Assembly (NCBI GenBank): GCA_951406725.2
Contig: OX597822.1
Span: forward strand, 68,696,001-68,760,000
Length of the DNA stretch: 64,000 nt
Direction: 5' to 3'
DNA from: Octopus vulgaris
Lineage: Eukaryota
Of this stretch, positions 1-14,733 are shown piece by piece. Each line of letters begins with the position of its first letter. The stretch's first letter is position 1. A model generated the notes under the pieces. That model was not told the DNA's origin, made no database searches, and saw only the letters and a list, made by a program, of their open reading frames with translations. The position numbers and the translations under genes were made by a program.

Positions 1-70
1 AAAAGAGTACAGAGTAATGTATAGATGATATTCATGACACCCAACCTTTTTGAGTTCACTTACAGGAACA

Positions 71-300
71 CTTTAATTCTTCGGCATTCAGATTGTTCTA
101 TGAAAGGTAATGCTCATTTAGTCACATTGTTTTGAATTAATCATGAATTTATCTTGTAGCTTCAACATTTCAATGATATGATTGTTGATTTTTAGAATGA
201 CATCACAGGGTAAGTGTGATAGGCCAGATCTGGCTGGTATGAGCATAAAACAGGTAGAATATTTGGGCCGAATATCACTGGTTTAAATGTTAAAGGGTAA
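71..300. mobile_element. piggyBac-type (TTAA) MITE, decayed copy
   Basis: Same body as 18227-18460 (gcattcagatt...aatgYtaaagggt). Termini resemble TTAA-CCC/GGG-TTAA. Confidence 0.6.
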
Positions 301-332
301 GGCTTAAAACTGTAAGCCTAATGAAACAATTG

Positions 333-632
333 TGGAGGCGCAATGGCCCAGTGGTTAAAGCAGCAGACTCGCGGTCAGAGGATCGCGGTTTCGATTCCCA
401 GACCGGGTGCTGTGTGTGTTTATTGAGCAAAAACACCTAAAGCTTCAAGAGGCTCCAGCAGGAGGTGGTGGCAACCCCTGTTGTACTCTTTCACTCCAAC
501 TTTCTCTCACTCTCTCTTCCTGTTTCTGGAGTAACGCTGCGATGGACTGGCGTCCCGTCCAGCTGAGGGGAACACATACGCCACAGAAACCAGGAAACCG
601 GGCCCATGAGCCAGGCTAAGCTTGAAAAGGGT
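333..632 (+). mobile_element. tRNA-derived SINE with Meta-like central domain
   Basis: A box TGGCCCAGTGG and B box GTTTCGATTCC, then gcgatggactggcgtcccgtccag...cacagaaaccagg. Related copies at ~45418-45660, 51415-51655 and 61930-62150. Confidence 0.7.
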
Positions 633-3383
633 GCAGAATTTTTTTAAAAAATGAAACAACTGGCAATTTTACAGGGCTGTAGTTGCTGACATCTATAATC
701 TAACTATCTGATTAATCAGTTCCTAATTGGAGCTAGTTAGAGAAGACTTATTGAGAGTTAAGTATCTTGGCTGTGATCATACAGTGTTGTGCCAATAAGA
801 GAATATGAACTTTCCAACCAGCTCTTATTGATTCAGTCATCTGAGATTTTCTTCTAAGGTTGACCTGCCTACCTGCCTTTAATCTGCCTCATACGAAGCA
901 ATGGAAAGAAGACAGGTATGCAGCATAGATCTCCAGCTGTCACAGAATCTATATTGTTGAATTCAGGTCTAATATATTATCTGTATTTGTGTATTTATTG
1001 TCTGTAAACAAGTCTCTTTTCTATAAAAGAATCCAGAGAAACTTCTAGTGGCCTGCGTTGGCAATGAACATCAAACACTATTGTTAAATAAGGTAGGCTT
1101 GCTTGCCTGAGACAAGAGGCAAGTTCTGGTATCTTGAGAAGAACTCTTCATTGAAGAAATAAGAAGTGCATTTAAAGGCTTAAACTTTATTTACAACACT
1201 AGTAGAAAGACCAACCTCTGCGTGGTTTTCTGCTAGTCACTAAATAATATTTACACAATCGATTTCCAATTTGTGTAATTTGTCTGATATTTTACACCAA
1301 ATTTTCTTTTATTCATCTAATAGTATTCAGTCACTCAGTAAATAAATTTAGAATGCCAAACATTCAAAGACAATATTAGAATTTATGAAGAAATTCAGGA
1401 ATTATAACTTAACTTACTCATATATCTTAGTTTATTGTGCGCGTGCGTGTGGAGAGAGATAGAGAGGGGGGGATGGGGGGAGAGAGAGGGGAGAAAGGGA
1501 GAGAGAGAGACACACACACATATATCAGAAGATTCCAAGGATATTGGAATCATATAATTTGACTGATGCTGAATTATTAAACTTATACGCTGTAGAAATG
1601 GTTCATTAATATGTCTGTAGAAAATAGCATTGCAAATATTTGGGCAACTTTTTTTTCCATTTCCAGAAATATAAAAAGAGATGTTAAAAATGCTATCTCA
1701 TAATGGAAGATGATAGTGTTTCAGTGAAAAAAAATTATTTTTGTGACTAAATCATGTAGTTGAAATCTTCAATGCTAAAGGATTCTTGAAAACCACATTC
1801 GGATAAAAAAAAATATTAAAATTGGAATTTATAAGAATTTCCTAGACAGTGCAGACTTCCTTTAACTAAAAATTATATACTCCAAACTAATAAATAAGTA
1901 GCTTCCTTTATTAAATAATAAATTCCAATACACTTTATATTTAAAAAAAAAGACTTTGCCCAAAATACCAAAACTCATCTTTCCATGCATCATACCAACT
2001 TCCTTTCATAATGCTATTCTTTGCAATGATAAAAACTATGCATTAATTACCATTAACCTGCACTGCACCGATTAAATTTTTATTGGTGATGTAACATGCT
2101 AATCATATTGCAAATCAGTTCTCACTACCTCTTTCTATTGATCAGTAAAAATAAAATATGGGTACCACATCATATGAAAAGTGGAGAATTCCAGAAAGTA
2201 CCTCGTGGTCACTTGGTTAGAGTAAAAAGCTCCTTCCGAAGTCATATAGACTCAGAGGGCCAGTTTCCCAGATTCTGAGGTGTGTATATTCTCCTGGATG
2301 GGACACCAGTACATCGAAGAATTACTCATTTTTGCTTGCTGAGTGGACTGGAGCAATGTGAAATGAAGTGTTTTGCTGAAGGACACGACACATTGCACCA
2401 CCCAATCTTGGAATTGAAACCACAATTTTATGATCATGAGTCCAGTATCTTAACCACTTGACTACACACCACCACAACTAAAGTAGTATATACAAATTCT
2501 AACCTTTAGCATATCGTTTCTCTTGCACATAAGCCAGAATAGATTTAAAGAAAGAATCGTTGATTTTGTTGTACTGAAGTGAATTAATCCTTTAGCATTT
2601 AAACTTGTCTTACACTGCCAAAATGTTCTTTTTGTTTTATGTTCAAAGGGGCACTGATATTTGAATGGCAGTGCCCTAGCATGGCCACAGCTCGTGAGCT
2701 GAAACTAGATAAAATATATATATATATATATAAAATATACATACACACAAACACATACACACAAACACATACACACAATGAGCTTCTGTGCAGATTCTGT
2801 CTACCATATTAGTTCACAAAGCATTGCTCAGCATGAGGTTACAGAAAAAGACAGTTGCCTCATGTGTCCTGCATTGGTTGGGACTGAACCAAAAGCCATG
2901 CAGTTGCAAAGCAAGCTTCTTAAGCACATGACCATAAGTGAAATCAGTAGTTAAGAGTAACCAACAGTTAAGCAATCATTGGTTAAGAAAACAATCAATA
3001 GTTATGACTTTTAATTCATATCTGTGTATGTGTGCATGTGTGTGTGTGTGTGTGTGAGAGAGAGGGAGAGAGATAGAAAGAGACAGACAGACAGGCAAAC
3101 AGACAGACAGAAATTTATTTTAGCATCAATTTACCATTGTATTTAGGCTGTCTTTGAAACATTCTGATGTCTTGTATTCATAAAGATGAAAAAAAAATAA
3201 AACAATCAACTAACAGACAAAAGGCTAAGAATACAGAAAAAAAAAGAAAAATCTACAAAATCCTTTAATTTTCAAATCTAACATGTTGGAATAACAGATG
3301 TATATTTGCAAGAAGAAATATTGCCTATTGATTATGGTGATTCTAGTGTTGTCATACAGTTCTAGAAATTTTACACATTAACT

Positions 3384-3648
<265 letters not shown>

Positions 3649-4983
3649 TAAGACAGTGGGGGGAAAAGATAAAAAGAATGTAGCTTTGGTAGTGAAACAC
3701 CAGAGTAATGCGCTATAGCTACACACCCTTTATTCACTTGGTTTCCATTCAGTAACACCTTGTAAGCAATAGAACATGTCTACAAATAAAAGAATAGACA
3801 CTATGTTGGTAACAGATGGTGGAACTGAAGTGTTAAACAGAGAAACCGGAGTGTCAGCCGACAATTCTCAGGAATAAAACAAAGTAAAAGGCAAAAAGCG
3901 AATATATATATATAAACATACGAATAAAACCACACAATTCTGAATGGTACCATTTTTATAACCCAATATACAAACACACACACACACTCATATATATATA
4001 TATATGTATGTATGTGTGTGTGTGTGTGTGCGCGCGCGTGCGTGTGCGCGCCATATGAAACATCAATAACTTAAACATTTGGACCTAATGATCTTAAATT
4101 GCCTATAAAAAGTGTTTCATCTTTTTTTACCTTAATAGCTATTTGCTCCATTATGTTAAGAAAACAGACCATGTTCTTTAGCCACTAAAACACGAAGACA
4201 TTCAATTGAGAAACAAAATCTACTTTTTGTATTGTGTTTGGTGGCGGAAAAAAAAAAAATTTCAATTTGGTGTTTTATTTCTTTAATATAAATGTGATAT
4301 TATTGCATCTCTGCGTATTATATATAAATACAGACACTGGATAGTAAGACGGTAAACTGAATGAGAGAAAGACAGAGAGAGAGTGGGGGAGAAGGAAAGA
4401 AGCCAACACCAAGTTATGTATAACTTAGACGGAAAAACCCAAACTGAACAATAAGTCTTAGCTGCCATAATCTTTAATTTTCTTCCTTGCATCACTGAGT
4501 TGGTCGATGTCTAAACTATAGTGACTCCCCTGACACACAGGCTGTCAGGTATATTCCCATGGAAGAATACCATGTGACTTTTTTTGCAGGCATTTCCGTT
4601 TTTTTTTCTTTTTTTTTTTTGTGCAGAGGAGTGCACAGGCATGGCTGTGTGGTAAGAAGCTTGCCTCCCAACAAAATTGTTTCAGGTTCAGTCCCACAGA
4701 TGTCTTCTACTATAGACTGAGACCAACAAGAGCCTTGTGAGTGGATTTGGTAGACAGAAGTTGAAAGAAGATTGTTGTAGGTGCATACCCCAGGACTTAT
4801 TCTTTGTAAGCCTAGTACTTATTCTATCAGTCTCTTTTTGCCAAACTGTTAAGTTACAAGTACGTAAACACAGTAACATCAGTCGTCAAGCGATGGTGGG
4901 GGGACAAACACAGACACAAATAACAAAAAAAAAATATATATACACACACACACACGCATATATATATATACATACATATATAT

Positions 4984-5049
<66 letters not shown>

Positions 5050-5992
5050 GTGTGTTTCTTTATGCTTATGTTTGTGTCCCACCACCGCTTTGACAACCAG
5101 TGTTGGTGTGTTTACATCCCTGTAACTCAGCAGTTTGACAAATAACACCAGGCTTAGAAAAGTAAACAGAAAGGACTGGGTTGATTCATTTGGCTAGGCT
5201 ACAATTATTCAGGGCAGTGCTCCAGCTTGGCCACAGTCTAATGACCGAAACAAGTAAAAGATAAAGGACAAACGAGCACCACTTGGCCAGCTACCGACAA
5301 TTCAGAGATAGGGAGAGAGGGGTAGGGAAGAGAGAGAGGGAGAAAGAGAGATCAATTCCAGTGGTTGGTATGTGATTTATTTATCAATCCTGAAGGAATG
5401 AAAGGCAAAGTTGACCTCAGCAGAATTTGAACTCAGAGCACAGAGAGCTTTAACAAATAATGCAAGGCATTCTATCTGACTGATCTAAGACTCTAAACCT
5501 ATTTGCTGCCTTTGTAATTTTTAACATATGATTAAATAAGATTTTGTCATACATAAAATACTAGCTTAAAAGCCACACTCTGTGTGGAATTTTCAGCTAG
5601 CTCCAGTGGAGGGCTAATTGGGCCTGAGGCCCAATACTAAAGAGAGCAATAATAATAAAGTATTTATTGGTACCTACCAATATGGTATTATTTTTAATTC
5701 AGTTTAAATGAAAAACTTGTAAGTTCACAAATTTTTGAAATTCTTTTAAAATTTGAATTTTCAACTGTTAGCATATAACAAATCATCATCCAGACCCAAT
5801 CCCAATGCTGGATGTTCAAGAACCAAATGAAGGGCAGATTTTCAATGCCAGGATTATCCTGATTCCAAAAAGGTATAATATGTCTATGTAGAGCAAATGT
5901 AGGCTGAGATACAAGCTTCTTACCACATAGTTATGCCATCCATAAATATATCCACTGCACATAAGCTTTATGCAGCTGAGAAGTTTTTGTGA

Positions 5993-6039
<47 letters not shown>

Positions 6040-6207
6040 ACTATCTGTCTGTCTATATGTGTGTGTGTACGTGTGTGTGTGTGTGTGTGTGTGTGTGAGT
6101 CGTCTAAGAGACCATAAGCCAGGAAAAAGATGTACTTGTATATCTGTCAACAGAATAGGTATATTATCCACAGCTGTGAAGGATATATAATACTATACCT
6201 TTCAGAT

Positions 6208-6570
6208 TGTGTGGTAAGTAGCTTGCTTACCAAACACATGGTTCTGGGTTCAGTCCAAAGCGTGGCACCTTGGGCAAGTGTCTTCTACTATAGCCTCAGG
6301 CCAACCAAAGCCTCGTGAGTGAATTTGGTAGATGGAAACTGAAGGAAGCCTGTTGTGTGCATGCGCTTGCATGTGTTTGTGTTTGTCCCCCCACCATCGC
6401 TTGACAACTGATGTTGGTGTGTTTACGTCCCCATAACTTAGCAGTTCGGCAAAAGAGCCCAACAGAATAAGTACAAGGCTTACAAAGAATAAGTCCTGAG
6501 GTCGATTTGTTCAACTAAAGGTGATGTTCCAGCATGGCCACAGTCAAATGACTGAAACAAATAAAAGAAT
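6208..6570 (+). mobile_element. Dominant tRNA-derived SINE (family A), slightly 5' truncated
   Basis: gtgtggtaagtagcttgcttacc...ggttcagtcc...ccttgggcaagtgtcttctac...gactgaaacaaataaaaga. More than 15 related copies or fragments in the window. Confidence 0.85.
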
Positions 6571-6672
6571 ATATATACATATATAGCAGATTAGCAGTTC
6601 CCCGTTGATTTCTTTGTACATTCTTTCTGCTCCTCTGGCAATAGATAGATTATCTTATTATATTTATTATTA

Positions 6673-6731
<59 letters not shown>

Positions 6732-7412
6732 GAAATCTGACTGTGTTGTTTTTTACTGATTTATTTAAAATTTGTGGATAATATATTTATAAATAGTTTT
6801 CCTACAATCATTACAAAATTGAAGGAGAGCAAACACACACAAAAAAAAAAAAATATTGCACAGCACCACTATTTAAACCGAATGCTACGAATCTAGTAAA
6901 GAAAAGTGAAGATTTGATAAAGTGTGAGCTGAGTCTAAGAAATCAAATCACAACTAAATAAGTTACATAGATAAATAGGAATATAACATGGTTTGGTTTT
7001 GCTTTGGAGTTTATCGCCATTTGTTTTGATGTTATCAAAACTACTTTAGCATAAATATAGATAACGAAAACAGCGCAATTTTGCTTTTATACAAGTAGTT
7101 TTTGGGTTTTTTTTTTTTACCAGTATTATTTTGATTTAAGTAAACACACACACACGTATACATATATACATATGCATATATATATGCCAGGGAAACTCTT
7201 GGTACTTATTTTTTTTAGTGCATGCAATGTTAAGAATCAAAACTATATAATTGAGGGCGGCTATATATAAGACATATGTACTCGCTTTCCAGCTGTCTCC
7301 CATAAAAATTAAAGATTTCTATAAAAGTCTTGATTTACTATTTGTATTTTTTATACATCTTAGGTATACACTGCACACCTCACATTCATGCACCAAATAT
7401 CACTGATTGATA

Positions 7413-7444
<32 letters not shown>

Positions 7445-7469
7445 GTATGTATATATATGTATATATATG

Positions 7470-7549
<80 letters not shown>

Positions 7550-7879
7550 CAACACACACATGCACACACACACATGAACGATTCAAGATAAATGAAGATT
7601 ATTCGTAACCTACAAACAGGTTACTTTTTCTGAAATATTCTTTTAAAAGGAACTGTTTTAATAACATTAGCCATTGCAAAACTTTATACTAACAATTATA
7701 GCAACAATATAATTTAACAAAAATTGTTTTCAAAAGATCTTTCAAACTATATAGATTATGGAGAAAGAAAGCAAAAAAAAAATTTTATTTCAATTAAATA
7801 TACTTTCTTTGAATCAGATAAATTACTTCCATTAGAGCCCTCAACTTTTTGGTATCATCAATAAGACAAAGAATTGCAG

Positions 7880-8125
7880 TAACAACAACAACAAAATATC
7901 ATCACCATCACCATCATCATCATCATCATTATCATTGTCATCAACATCATCACCACAACCACCACCATCATCATCACACTACCACCATCACTATGATTAT
8001 CACCATCATTACTATACTATCATCATCATCATCATCATTATTATCACCAATGTCACTACAATCATCAATGTTGCCATCACCACCATCACCATCTTCATCA
8101 TCATCACCACCACCACCACCAGCAT
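7880..8125. repeat. (CAT/CAC)n trinucleotide low-complexity tract
   Basis: Direct reading. It is the source of the poly-His/Ser/Pro ORFs. Confidence 0.9.
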
Positions 8126-8197
8126 CATTTTTAAAAATCAGCAAAATAAAATGCAATTAGTTTTTATTTTTTCGTAAAGAAGATATAAAGACGAAAT

Positions 8198-8246
<49 letters not shown>

Positions 8247-9513
8247 CTAACATTTTTCATGATTTTATGTAGAGTTTTAGATTTATCTTAGAATATTCAA
8301 TTTCCCGGCTCTGATTTAAGTATTTTCAAGAATTTAATCTTTTGATCTATTTTAATAGGAAAACTTAAATTATGAAGAGGGAGAAAAAAAAAATTCTGAT
8401 ACTTTTAATGAAATTCTATAGAGAAAAATCTATAGCTAAAAAGTTCCAGCTTTGGAAGATGGCAACAGCGAAAAATCATTAATAACATGCAAATACCGAC
8501 CTTAGAATGGTAGATTTCCATCGTGGATTCATTAAAGATATAGAGTATATTTAGGATTTTTTCTTTTTTCCTTTTCTCTTTTATATATAAATGTATGTAT
8601 ATATTATATATTTTTATCTTCCTAACTAGTAGACATAGTGTAACAAGTCCAGTGAGCAGAACTGGAAAACATGTTCCAAATCCTGGCACTTAATGGAATT
8701 ACAATGAAGAAACAATTGTTTTTACAAACAGGATATTAAAGAAATAAAAAATACAAAAAAAAAAAAACTAAATATATACATTTATATATTTGTATATTTA
8801 TATATTTATATAAATGCTAATATAATACAAGCACCAGTTTCTCCTTTACAAATTCTAACACAATTTGAGTGCCATAAGCACAATAAGTATTGCTACAAGT
8901 AACCATAATGGCAGAACAGTCTTTAAAAGACAAATGGTGTGAGGTTGTGAAGTGTAGCGGTGAGGTGAGGAGCTAGCTAACGGAAGCAGTAGTGCTGGAC
9001 AGTGGAACATAACAAAACAACAGGAACCAGCAGACCAATGTGGAACCAAAGATTAGAGTAAAATGTGGCAAGCTACACAGTTATTAATGTGAGTCCCAGA
9101 GCAGAGCAGAGATGTAGTTGAGAGATCGTCCAAACAAACACTTAACCGAAAAGGAAAACAGAACATTTTCTGATAAAGTAGACAAACAAAGGAGGAAACA
9201 GACTTTTCAGCAAAGCCATTTTCAAAAAGATATTTAACTATCATTAGCTTTAACTGAGAGATTTTCCTATTTTAGTATGAGGAACAAAGAACATGCCCAT
9301 AGCCTTTTGAGTGTAGTTCAACTCAAACTACACTCAAACCATTTGTTACTATATTTTTGTTGAAAATACTCTGCCTTTATTTCAAATAATTTTGAAAATA
9401 ATGAAACAATTATTAAAAATAATTTTCTTATTATTAAACTGTTGTTTGCAACTTAATTTAACATGAAATTTTGAAGCTAAGTTTTAATTTAAGTGACTTT
9501 GAAACAAAAAGCT

Positions 9514-9559
<46 letters not shown>

Positions 9560-9564
9560 GTTGT

Positions 9565-9766
9565 ACTTTTACTCGTTTCAGTCATTTAACTGTGGCCATG
9601 CAGGAGCACCGCCTTTAGTCGAATAAATCAAACTGAGGGCTTATTTTTCGTAAACCTAGTACTTATTCTATCGGTCTCTTTTGCTGAACTGCTAAGTTAC
9701 GGAGACACAGACACACCAACAGTGGTTGTTAAACAATGGTGGGGGGACAAACACAGACACACAAAC

Positions 9767-9814
<48 letters not shown>

Positions 9815-9965
9815 GACAGGCTTCTTTTCAGTTTCCACTCACAAGGGTTTGGTCGGCCTGAGGCTATAGTAGAAGACACTAGCCCAAGGTGCCATCCAGT
9901 GGGATTGAACCTCGGACCATGTGGTTGGTAAGCAAGCTACTTATCACACAGCCATGTCTGCACCT
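9565..9965 (-). mobile_element. SINE family A, full length, with central (TA)n
   Basis: Reverse complement matches the 35275-35682 and 37764-38167 copies. Confidence 0.85.
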
Positions 9966-10027
9966 ATATATATATATATATATATATACACGTGTGTGTA
10001 TGTGTATAAGTATGTATGTATATGTAT

Positions 10028-10210
10028 ATCATCATCATCGTTTAACGTCCGTTCTCCATGCTAGCATGGGTTGGATGGTTCGACCGGGGATCTGGGAAGC
10101 CAGAAGGCTGCACCAAGCTCCAGTCTGATCTGGCAGTGTTTCTACAGCTGGATGCCCTTCCTAACGCCAACCACTCCATGAGTGTAGTGGGTGCTTTTTA
10201 CATGCCACCA
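10028..10210 (-). mobile_element. SINE/RTE-associated non-autonomous retroelement 3' part with (GAT)n tail (family D)
   Basis: Reverse complement gives tggttggcgttaggaagggcatccagctgtagaaa...ggacgttaaacgatgatgatga. Other copies at 11336, 15618, 18752, 43280, 44075, 52900, 57715 and 58140. Confidence 0.7.
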
Positions 10211-11144
10211 TATATATGTACATATATATACATATGTGTGTATATGTATGTGTATACATATGTATATGTATATATGTATGAGTGTGTGTGTGTATGTGTA
10301 TTCTTTTATTTATTTCATATCTTAAGGAGTTTTAGTTGAACAAATCGATGCGAGGACTTATTTTATCAGTCTCTTTTACAAAGTATGCTCGACTAAAGGC
10401 GGTACTCCAGCATGGCCACAGTCAAATGACTGAAACAAGTAAAAGAGAGTAAAACAGATTCTACACTGTCCCAGAAGTGAGGTCCATGAACTGGTTCTCA
10501 ATCCCCAGTTGCAACTCCTTTACTTTTCTATTGTTCCTTTAATTCCCATGGGAACCATAAAAACATGCAGATTCCAGTTTATTTGTTTTCTCAGAACACT
10601 TTTTTCTCTTTTTTTGTCACTATGTTTAAACCATAGAGTGGATTTCTTTCCTGTTTCTTTCACATCAATGAATTTATATCACCTTCCATTTGATCTCAAC
10701 ATAACCCTTCCATCCATCAACTCATATCTGCAACACCACCACCAACAACAACAACAATGCCACCACGTTCTACTCACCACTCTGCAACAAGTAGAAATAT
10801 TTCTCAATCACTTTTATAATTCCCAGGAAATTAAACTACATCAACTGCCTATATCTACCTTGTTCAATTTCACTGAAACAAAACAGAGGCAATATGCCAC
10901 TGGTTCTCAACCACTTTTTTTCCTATGGACCCCTAAGATTTCTGTTTCACTCAGGTGGACTCCTGTAGCCATTCAATGTTTAAGAAAGTCCTATTGTAAT
11001 TTTATAATTAAATATTATTAGGAATTGTATTAAAAAAATTGTTAAGATATTTTGTGTACTGTAGAAGTAGAACCAATTAATTGCCCATAAATTTTAACGA
11101 CAAAATCTCATAATAATAATAACAATAATAATAATAATAATAAC

Positions 11145-11181
<37 letters not shown>

Positions 11182-11185
<4 letters not shown>

Positions 11186-11685
11186 AATTATTGTGTATAG
11201 TGCTCAGATTCACTACATCTCATCAAAGGTGCATGTACAGTACATAGAATTATGTACGAAAGTCAGGAAAGTGAACAGTGCATGATTCATGATATACATG
11301 TGTGCATGCGTATGGAGGGGGGATATAAGGTGTAGTCATCATCATCATCATCATTTAACGTCCGCTTTCCATGCTGGCATGGGTTGGACGATTTGACTGA
11401 GGACTGGCAAACCAGATGGCTACACCAGGCTCCAATCTGATCTGGCAGAATTTCTACAGCTGGATGCCCTTCCTATGGCAAATTTCAAGAAGCATGGAGG
11501 TTTTAAAGGATGCAATGTCTCAGCAACTAACAATTGATGCAAGTAGTTTGTTCCATGCTTCAGCAACTCTGAGTATGAAAAAATGTTTCTGAAAGTCATG
11601 GGAGCTGTGCTGTTTTCTGACTTTGTAGGCATGCCCACATGTGTTAGACACATGGAGCTCAAAAAGGTGCTCAAGGTGGTTGTCA
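11182..11685 (-). mobile_element. CR1-clade LINE 3' fragment interrupted by a family D element (~11336-11477)
   Basis: ORF 11520-11729(-) contains NTCGHAYKVRKQHSSHDFQKHFFILRVAEAWNKL, the CR1 C-terminal TRGH..K...R..FF..RV...WN.L motif. The putative 3' UTR ends in an (ATT)n tail at ~11182. Confidence 0.75.
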
Positions 11686-11846
11686 ATTTGTTTGACTAAA
11701 CCCTTCAAGGCAGTGCCCCAGGGCAGCATCCTGGTACTTATTCTATTGTTCTCTTATGCCAAACTGCTACTAAGTTACAGGGACATAAACAAACCAACAC
11801 TGGTTGTCAAGCAGTGGTGAGGTACAAACATAAACACAAAGACACT

Positions 11847-11877
<31 letters not shown>

Positions 11878-12892
11878 GCAATGTGCATAATGTAGCCTGA
11901 GAATTGCATTCCTCCCACCCCACCCCCAGCAGTATCTTGAGGTGTATTTGCATCTGATTAACAGAGCTATCATATAAGATATATGAGTTGCCTAACACCA
12001 AAAGAATGAAAAAGAGAAGAAAAAAAAACAGATTATTCCATATAATTTAGATATTTGATCTATGAAAAAACTGATGCTAAATAGAAACATAAAAACAGAT
12101 ATTTCATTGATAGTATTGTCATAATATGCAAGCCAAAGAAACATCCAAATTGGTCATTCGGTATGCTAGAAATAGAAGCAAATCTTCATATTAACCTTCA
12201 GCATTAAGCATGCCATATCAGGCCAAAATGTTCTACCTGTTTTAAGTCCAAACTGACTAGATTTGGCCTCTCACACTTACCCTACAATGTCATTCTGAAA
12301 ATATGCAATCACATCATTGAAATCTCAAAGCTATGAGAGAATGCATGATTCATTCAAAATCATCATCATCATCATTTAACATCTACTATAGCCTCGGGCC
12401 GACCAAAGCCTTGTGAGTGGATTTGGTAGACGGAAACTGAAAGAAGCCCGTCGTATATATGTATATAAACATGTGTTTGTGTGTGCGTGTGTGTGTATGT
12501 GTGTGCGTGCGTGTGTGTGTGTATGATTGTGTGTCTGTGTTTGTCTCCCCACCATCACTTGACAACTGATGCTGGTGTGTTTACATCCCTGTAACTTAGT
12601 GGCTTGGCAAAAGAGGCCAATAGAATAAGTACTAGGCTTACAAAGAATAAGTCCTGGGGTCGATTTGCTGGACTAAATGCGGTGCTCCAGCATGGCCACA
12701 ATTAAATGACTGAAACAAATAAAAGAAAATATAGTCCCACCCATGCTAGAATGGAAGGTGAATGTTAAACAATGATGATGATGATGATAGATATATAAAT
12801 ATATAATGGTGGGTTTCCACACAGTTTTCATCTGCCAAATTCACTTACAAGGCATTGGTCGGCCCAGAGTTTTAGTAGTAAAAACTTGCTGT

Positions 12893-13290
12893 AAGGCGGC
12901 AAGCTGGCAGAAACTTTACCACGCCGGGCAAAATGCTTAGCGGTATTTCATCAGCCAGCTACATTCTGAGTTCAAATTCCGCCGAGGTTGATTTGCCTCT
13001 CATCCTTTCAGGGTCAATTAAACATGTACCAGTTACGCAGTATAGTCAGTATAATCGACTTAATCCGTTTGTCCGTCCTTGTTTGTCCTCTCCGTGTTTA
13101 GCCCCTTGTGGGTAGTAAAGAAATAGGTATTTCGTCTGTCTTTATGTTCTAAGTTCAAATTCCGCCGAGGTCAACTTTGCCTTTCATCTTTTTGAAGTTG
13201 ATAAATTAAGTACCAGTTGTGTACTGGGGTCAATCTAATCAACTGGTCCCCTACCCCCAAAATTTTGGGCCATGTGCTTAGAGTAGAAAA
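12893..13290 (+). mobile_element. tRNA-derived SINE with Nin/Deu-like domain (family B), full copy plus tandem partial copy
   Basis: aaggcggcaagctggcagaa...gagttcaaattccgccgaggtYRactttgcctttcatcYttt...gataaattaagtaccag. Many further copies, e.g. 17057, 20580(-), 27520(-), 29761, 31190(-), 44829, 45081 and 56482. Confidence 0.8.
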
Positions 13291-14359
13291 AAAAAAAACT
13301 TACTGTACACTGGGAATGAACCCAAAACCACATGGTTACAAAACAAGCTTCTCAACCACACAGCCATGCCTGTATCTATGACTGTATTAATCTCATAGCC
13401 ATTATGCAGTATTAATTAATAAGCAACTCAATTCATTTTAAAAAAGAGAAGTGGACAATAATGAATCATTCCTTTTGATTAGAGACAAGAACTATGGAAA
13501 ACTGAGACAGGATTCTTTACTGTGGTCTAGTGCATTATTTTACTGCTGCTGAGTTTTAGATCCATCCAGGGTTCGTTTTAATCTTCTCGTATCACCACTG
13601 GTAAATATATTGGATTTAAGTTAATCAATTATTCCTCTTCTCTAGAAAAACAACACAACAACAACGGTAGCAACAAATCAACTCTTGTGTCTTGTCAACC
13701 GAAATCAATACTCACTTTCAGTAAACAATGGGAAGCTATACTTCCATACTTGTATAGGTAGGATTGTATTGTTGATGTTGTTGGAGCAATAGGTTTTACA
13801 CGTGGATGCTTTTCATCTAACCTAACAACTCAGCTATGAAGAAGTAACAGACATTCCCCCCACCCCTGCTTCCTACCTTTTCCCTTGTTTGTTTTTATAT
13901 TAAACAAACCGAAGCAAACACAGAATTATATGTGCCTAGCTCAACACAATCAGTGTTGTAAGGATTTGAATTTATAACAATCTGATCAGTAAGTCGAATC
14001 TTTACAGCACTGGATAGAATGGGCTAGGAGTGTCTGTTCCAGCTCCTGGTGTTTTGAGTTCAAATCCTACGGAGGTCAACTTTATCTTTCATCCTTTCAG
14101 GTGTCAATCAATAAGTACAAGTCCATTACTGGTTTCAAATTTTGGAACAAGGCCAGAAATTTCAGGGAGAAGGGTTAAATTGATTACATTGACCCCAGTG
14201 CTCAACTGGTATTTATTTTATCAACTTTGTAAGAACGAAAAGCAAAGTCGACATCTGTGGCATTTGAACTCAGAACATATAGACAAAATGACACTAAACG
14301 TTTTACCCAGTGCAGTAACAACTCTGCCAACTCACCACCTTAAGTATAAGTCCAATATT

Positions 14360-14733
14360 AAAACAAGATCACTCAGAGAGTGCAAACCTCCACCAAGGCA
14401 ACACCAATGTCCTCTCAATGATTAGCCAGAGATGATTTTTAAAATGAGAATATCTGAAATAAACGCGACTGCTCTCACATACGAGAAAACTGAAAATGAA
14501 CCTGACCACTTTCAAAAATTAAGTAAGAAAGACCGGAAAAATAATCCAGAATCCTTGTCCTGTACTGGATTGATCCCCAATTCTAATCAGTTTGTGCCAG
14601 CTACAAGGCCAAACATTCCTGAAAGTTTCATCTGAATCCATCCAGTGGTTCTTGAGATATCTTGTCCACGGACAAACAAACAAACAAACACAGCTGAAAA
14701 CAATACTTCCACCTTCGCTAAGGCGGAGATAAT
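14360..14733 (+). mobile_element. Helentron/DINE-1-like non-autonomous element
   Basis: AACAAG start, subterminal inverted repeat aacctccaccaagg / aaggcggagata, and an internal (AAAC)n tract near the 3' end. Confidence 0.5.

Noticed and set aside
333-410. Possible tRNA gene
   Set aside because: A and B boxes are present but run into a SINE body. I see no acceptor-stem closure or terminator, so it is a SINE head.
6250-6514. Recurrent ORFs such as ...[16 protein letters not shown] / EAIVEDTCPRCH
   Set aside because: These are translations of the non-coding SINE family A consensus, not a gene family.
10509-11021. 170-aa ORF
   Set aside because: Non-ATG start, low-complexity CAA/CAC segment, and it runs into a hAT MITE fragment. 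No recognisable domain.
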